Virus record (IMG/VR): IMGVR_UViG_3300028586_000751
Span: 1 to 51,270 of that record
Direction: 5' to 3' (one strand)
DNA: 51,270 nt
Source: a virus
Lineage: Duplodnaviria; Caudoviricetes
A program made the translations under genes and the position numbers. The notes under the pieces were generated by a model. The model made no database searches. It was not told the DNA's origin and saw only the letters and a list, made by a program, of their open reading frames with translations. Every line of letters starts with the position of its first letter. Position 1 is the first letter of the stretch. Positions 46,969-51,270 of this stretch are shown piece by piece.

Positions 46969-47175
46969 ATGGAAATCCAGAACCTTATTCGCGAGTTCAC
47001 CTACAACGGCGTCGCCTTGGGCGACCCGAGCTCTGCCTTCTCGCTCGAGCAAGTGCGCGACTTCTACGCCAACGTGTACCCCGAGATCACCAACGCGGAC
47101 ATCGAAGGCCCGAAGCAGGTCGGCAACAAGGCGATCTACACGTTCCGCCGCGCCGTCGGCACGAAAGGCGCCTGA
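46969..47175 (+). CDS. PRTRC system protein C (ubiquitin-like)
   Basis: REF.YNG..L.DP....S.EQVRDFY...YPEI.NA.IEGP...F.RAVGTKGA. Confidence 0.9.
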   Translation: MEIQNLIREFTYNGVALGDPSSAFSLEQVRDFYANVYPEITNADIEGPKQVGNKAIYTFRRAVGTKGA

Positions 47176-47177
47176 TC

Positions 47178-47375
47178 ATGAAACGTGAAGTCGCCCTGGA
47201 GCGCCTGCGCGCCGGCGGCCGCCTGTCGGCCACTGAGCAGCCGCTCAATGTCTTGACCGAAACGCAGGCATCGATGCCGCTGGCACGCACGGTCAAGCAC
47301 CTTATTGAGAACCACGTGCGCAGCAACGGCCCACGCTGCCTAGCACCGTCGCCCAACCACGCGGTGCTGCCATGA
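47178..47375 (+). CDS. small PRTRC-associated protein
   Basis: Between C and F; ATGA-coupled to F. Confidence 0.6.
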   Translation: MKREVALERLRAGGRLSATEQPLNVLTETQASMPLARTVKHLIENHVRSNGPRCLAPSPNHAVLP

Positions 47376-48430
47376 TCGCAATCCAGCCTAGCGCCGCACT
47401 GGCCCTGCCGCTGTTCGGGCCTGAGGTGCCGAATTGCTACACGATCCCGGGTGTCGACCAGATGACCATCCCGCTGACGATCGCGCTGCTCGATGCAAAC
47501 GTCATTACCGACGCCATGCTTCGCACGCCGCGCAACGCTTTGCTGGTCGACGTGTTCGGCGAGACCGAAAAGCAGCTGTCGCAGCGCGCGCTTTCGCACT
47601 GGTGGACCCGTGTGATCCGCGCCAATTCATGCAAGTTCTTCCGATGGAGTCTGCATGTGCAACAACTGGACGACGGCGGGCACGGCCACAGCAAGGAAAC
47701 CACTGCTTGGTTCTGCCTGAATCGGATGGATGGTGAAATGCCTCGCTTCGCACTAGCCCCAGGCGTCGAGAAGCTGGAGCGCCTGCTTGAGGGCTTCGGC
47801 CAGACCGTTCTGTCCGTGCTGCGCGACGCCACCAACCTGCTCCCTGACTCGTTCACGCCCTGGTTCGCGCGTGGATGGGTCGAGTCCTCCTATTGGCACG
47901 ATTCGCGCGACGACATTGAGCTGCTCGAGATGCGGCGCGAAATGAACGGATACGACACTGTGCAGGAGCTCCTCGAGGCCGAGCACGTCATCACCCGCGA
48001 CGTCTTCTACCGAGAAATGCCCGAGTGGGTATGCGAACCAAACCGTACACGGACCAGGGATGAGGTCGGCGCGGCCGCCTCGACTGATTTGGCTCGCCGG
48101 GTCGTCCAGGTATGCGATGAATTGCACGCCCTGGTTAGTAAGCAGGGGTTCGTACTCAGCCCAATTGACAAGGGCGTATACCGCTGCGGACACGACACGA
48201 TCGACGGTTCGATGGTGTTGCTGTGGAAACAGTATGACGTGGTCGGCCAGGCGATCGACGACTACCTCGAGGATCTCGGCAACGCCGGCGATTACTGTGA
48301 CTTCATCGACGCGAACCCTGTCCCCATGACCGCCGACGGTATTCGCGACTTCCAGATCCGGACCGAACAAGCGCTCCAGGTCGCGGTGCTGACCGAAAAA
48401 CTGCTCCTGCTGCTGGGGGAAAAATTTTGA
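47372..48430 (+). CDS. PRTRC system protein F
   Basis: Size and position between C and B; VEKLE....GFGQTVL..L motif. Confidence 0.75.
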   Translation: MIAIQPSAALALPLFGPEVPNCYTIPGVDQMTIPLTIALLDANVITDAMLRTPRNALLVDVFGETEKQLSQRALSHWWTRVIRANSCKFFRWSLHVQQLDDGGHGHSKETTAWFCLNRMDGEMPRFALAPGVEKLERLLEGFGQTVLSVLRDATNLLPDSFTPWFARGWVESSYWHDSRDDIELLEMRREMNGYDTVQELLEAEHVITRDVFYREMPEWVCEPNRTRTRDEVGAAASTDLARRVVQVCDELHALVSKQGFVLSPIDKGVYRCGHDTIDGSMVLLWKQYDVVGQAIDDYLEDLGNAGDYCDFIDANPVPMTADGIRDFQIRTEQALQVAVLTEKLLLLLGEKF

Positions 48431-49170
48431 GTCTCATACCTGTAGATATCATCGGCTCCGGCGAAGCTGTGCTGAGGCTGTCCAGTGCCGTGCTGGTGTA
48501 CGAATCGAATCAGGGCCACGTGTACGCGACATCACATCAGGTGGCACTCGACCCGAAATATACCGGCCGACCAATCATCGGTGCAGGCGTGCCCTTGTCG
48601 AAGGGCACCCTTGCGAAGTTCGCGGGTGCCGTTGCTGCGGCCACCGCCTTCAGTGGCTTCCTGCCAGAAAACCTGCTGTTCAGCTCGTCCAACGTGATCG
48701 CATGGTGGACGCCGGCACAGGTGCGCACCACCTGGTTTAAGAAAGCCGGCAGCGGCACGGTCGAAGGACGTGGGCCAGCTGCGCACCCTGCCCTGGTATT
48801 CGTGGCCACGCCGAACGACTGGTTCGTGTTTTCGCTGCGCAAAAGCGCCCGTCCCGCGCCCACCGACTATCTGTGCCATGCCCCTCACTTCAATGTATGG
48901 CAGGGCGGCCGGATCTGCACCGGCAATGTGGACTTGCCGGCAACGTTCGGCGCCGAGGTGATCGATCGCTACGAGACAGCATTCTTCCGTAGCCACTTCA
49001 CCCACCCGAACCACGCCGACGCTGTGAAGTACAAGGGCGGCATGCAGAAGCTGTGGCAGGACCAGTTGGCCAACCCTGATCCCGAGAAGATGCGCCGCGC
49101 GCTCGTCGACTCGAAAGAAACGCTGCAGGCCGCGATCGCGCGCATTGCAGGACGCAATACCACCTACTGA
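48427..49170 (+). CDS. PRTRC system protein B (E2-like)
   Basis: WWTP, HPALVF, APHFNV...G.ICTG, FF.S.FTHPN. Confidence 0.88.
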   Translation: MSLIPVDIIGSGEAVLRLSSAVLVYESNQGHVYATSHQVALDPKYTGRPIIGAGVPLSKGTLAKFAGAVAAATAFSGFLPENLLFSSSNVIAWWTPAQVRTTWFKKAGSGTVEGRGPAAHPALVFVATPNDWFVFSLRKSARPAPTDYLCHAPHFNVWQGGRICTGNVDLPATFGAEVIDRYETAFFRSHFTHPNHADAVKYKGGMQKLWQDQLANPDPEKMRRALVDSKETLQAAIARIAGRNTTY

Positions 49171-49185
49171 CCCGAAGAGGAAGAC

Positions 49186-49959
49186 ATGGACAAGCAAGAA
49201 TTCAAAGACAAGTTCGACGAGCTGCTCAGCATCACCCGCGGATCGTTTGAGACCTTCCTGGCCACTGCCGAGACCGTGCTGCGCGAGCAGCGCCCGCTGC
49301 CGCTGGCCGTCGATGAGGCGAATGCGCCGGCCGACCTGCTGCAGCTCGACCAGGCCCTTCTGGCCGCCGCGCCGATCGCGGCCGTGCCGCGTCACGCTCC
49401 GTTCTACCCCCTGCAAGAGAGCGGTCACCGCTTCCTGCTGGCTGCCGATGGCTTGCATCTTGAGGTCCGCCGGCCATGGCTGCACTTTATCCACAGGCTG
49501 GCCGAGAGCCCGAACGTGGCAATCCCGTATGGCGCGCTGGAGAAGAAGTGCACACTCGACTTCGGGTCGATCGGAAGCGCACTCCCGCAGATGAAGGAAT
49601 TTGCCGCAAAGGCCAAGGCCGATGCGCCGATCGAGGCGGCCGCCAGCCTGCTCTGGAATCACGCCGCGCGCACCTGGCGTATCGCCTACCCGGAGGTTAT
49701 CGGCGAGGCCAGCGCGAGCCGCATCCAGTATCACCAGGTCGAGGTCGGCGAGAACGAGAGCCTGGCGATTGACCTGCACAGCCACGGCCATCTAGTCGCG
49801 TTCTTCAGCGACACCGATGACGCGGACGACCGCGGCGCGGTCAAGATCTCGGCTGTGTTCGGCAATCTGAATACCGACAAGCCGACCGTAGCGTTCCGGA
49901 TGTGCGTGCTGGGCCTGTATATTCCGATCCCGGTACCGGCCGAGAAAGTGTACGGGTAA
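49186..49959 (+). CDS. PRTRC system protein A (JAB/MPN peptidase)
   Basis: E...DLHSHG...AFFS.TDD.DD JAMM motif. Confidence 0.9.
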   Translation: MDKQEFKDKFDELLSITRGSFETFLATAETVLREQRPLPLAVDEANAPADLLQLDQALLAAAPIAAVPRHAPFYPLQESGHRFLLAADGLHLEVRRPWLHFIHRLAESPNVAIPYGALEKKCTLDFGSIGSALPQMKEFAAKAKADAPIEAAASLLWNHAARTWRIAYPEVIGEASASRIQYHQVEVGENESLAIDLHSHGHLVAFFSDTDDADDRGAVKISAVFGNLNTDKPTVAFRMCVLGLYIPIPVPAEKVYG

Positions 49960-49963
49960 CCGC

Positions 49964-50743
49964 ATGCAGCACATAACGCCACCCTACATGCTGAGCCGCG
50001 CGCCGCGCATTGCCCTGATCGGCTGCGGCGGCAACGGTTCGCAGATGCTCACCGGCCTGGCCAGGCTGAACCATGCGATCACGGCCCTGGGCCATCCGGG
50101 CCTCGAGGTGCGCGCCTATGACCCGGACTCGGTCAGCGAGGCGAACATGGGCCGCCAGCTCTTTGGCGCCTTCGATGTCGGCTCGAGCAAGGCCCACGTG
50201 CTGGTCAACCGCGTGAACGCATTCTTCGGCCTGAACTGGCAAGCAGTCTATGGCCGATACGACGGGCGCGACCACCTGTGCGACATGGCGATCGCCTGCG
50301 TCGACAGCGCGCGGGCCCGGGCCGAGATCGAGAGCCACCTCGAGGCGCGCAACGTGCAATACCTGATGGACCTTGGGAATCGCGCGGCCGACGGCCAGGT
50401 TCTATTCGGCGAGCTGAGCACGAATCGCGAGCTGCCGGCTGGGAGCGTTGCCCTGCCAAGCCCGTACCAGGTTCTGCCGGAGCTGGTCGACCTGAACGCA
50501 CCCGAGGACGACACCCCGAGTTGCGGCCTGGCCGAGGCGCTCGAGCGCCAGGAGCTGTTCGTGAACCAGTCGATTGTGACGCCGGCGCTCAGCATCCTGT
50601 GGGAATTTTTCCGGCACGGTCGGCTGACCTGGCACGGCGCGTTCGTAAACCTGCGCACCGGCACCATGCGGCCGCTGAACGTGCGCGAGCCGGCGCCGCC
50701 GGCACCCGAAGAAGTGAAGATCAAAGTGCAGGTGAGAGCATGA
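49964..50743 (+). CDS. PRTRC ThiF-family (E1-like) protein
   Basis: IGCGGNGS, D.D.VS.AN.GRQ, CVDS..AR, DLGN, PSC..AEAL..Q.LFVN. Confidence 0.92.
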   Translation: MQHITPPYMLSRAPRIALIGCGGNGSQMLTGLARLNHAITALGHPGLEVRAYDPDSVSEANMGRQLFGAFDVGSSKAHVLVNRVNAFFGLNWQAVYGRYDGRDHLCDMAIACVDSARARAEIESHLEARNVQYLMDLGNRAADGQVLFGELSTNRELPAGSVALPSPYQVLPELVDLNAPEDDTPSCGLAEALERQELFVNQSIVTPALSILWEFFRHGRLTWHGAFVNLRTGTMRPLNVREPAPPAPEEVKIKVQVRA

Positions 50744-51270
50744 GCGAGAACAGAAACAAGCGGTGGGACGACAACCGCGCACGTGGGGAGCTCAATTGGA
50801 CCGAAGCCGCCAAGGCAGACCTGGTCGAGGCCCTGCGGGTTCCGGGTGTCCGGACGTGGCGCCAGCGGATCGGCGTCGGCAAGGACTGGCCTCTGCACGC
50901 GCCGAACGACGTCGAGCGGGCGATGGTGGCGGAGATTGCCGAGCTGCGGCTCGCGGCAGCAAAGGTTGCCGCCCTTACCGCAAAGGCCGAAACGCCAGCG
51001 CCAGTGTGGGGTCGCGTGCAGACCGTGGGCGACATGGTGCGCAACCTGCTGACGCTCGACCAGGGCGACCCGATCCACTCGGCGTTCTTTCTCGACTTCG
51101 ACGGAAAGCGACGCTGCCGCACCCGGCCCATTACGATCAGCCGCGAGCGGGTAATCGACGGGAAGTGGGTTGATTCGACTCGAAAGGACGTGCCATACGC
51201 GACCGTTGTGTGGGCCAAGCCCGACGAGCGCGCCGACCAGCTCGACCGCAGTCCGGGAGAGGAACCATGA
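50740..51270 (+). CDS. hypothetical protein
   Basis: ATGA-coupled to ThiF; MSENRNKRW... Confidence 0.55.
   Translation: MSENRNKRWDDNRARGELNWTEAAKADLVEALRVPGVRTWRQRIGVGKDWPLHAPNDVERAMVAEIAELRLAAAKVAALTAKAETPAPVWGRVQTVGDMVRNLLTLDQGDPIHSAFFLDFDGKRRCRTRPITISRERVIDGKWVDSTRKDVPYATVVWAKPDERADQLDRSPGEEP

Larger units (their letters stand above)
11709..51270. mobile_element. lambdoid HK97-like siphovirus prophage (boundaries unresolved)
   Basis: Contiguous lysis-tail-head-packaging-Q-replication-immunity-early modules; no att site found; probably continues beyond the right edge and may extend leftward. Confidence 0.93.

Noticed and set aside
48532-49791. 419-aa minus-strand ORF (likewise 38721-39905, 27021-28061, 18656-19564)
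   Set aside because: Antisense to well-supported genes

Overview
GC-rich betaproteobacterial sequence (Massilia/Oxalobacteraceae-like by gene style; inference). Most of it (~11.7-51.3 kb) is one lambdoid, HK97-type siphovirus prophage whose genes look intact. The minus strand carries cro, a YdaU-type initiator, DnaB, a tyrosine recombinase, a Q-like gene, HNH, terminase, portal, Clp protease, capsid, an inserted FN3/esterase fibre module, tail genes and a holin/GH19/Rz-Rz1 lysis cassette. The plus strand carries cI and a pL-type early operon containing a PRTRC ubiquitin-like cassette (E, C/Ubl, small ORF, F, B/E2, A/JAB, ThiF/E1), which sits behind the same TTAGC-N5-GCTAA operators found at cI/cro. 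The left ~11.7 kb is an accessory mosaic: a DUF4325-type HTH-ATPase gene, a second decayed lysis cassette (GH24 lysozyme, DUF6527, Rz/Rz1) sharing ~450 bp with the intact one, two tandem large serine recombinases, low-GC defence-like ORFs, a LexA-boxed small gene and a PEP-CTERM gene with sigma54/IHF/enhancer sites. No att sites, RNA genes or CRISPR arrays could be supported, and the prophage probably continues past the right edge. All family assignments are by motif recognition and gene order, not database searches.
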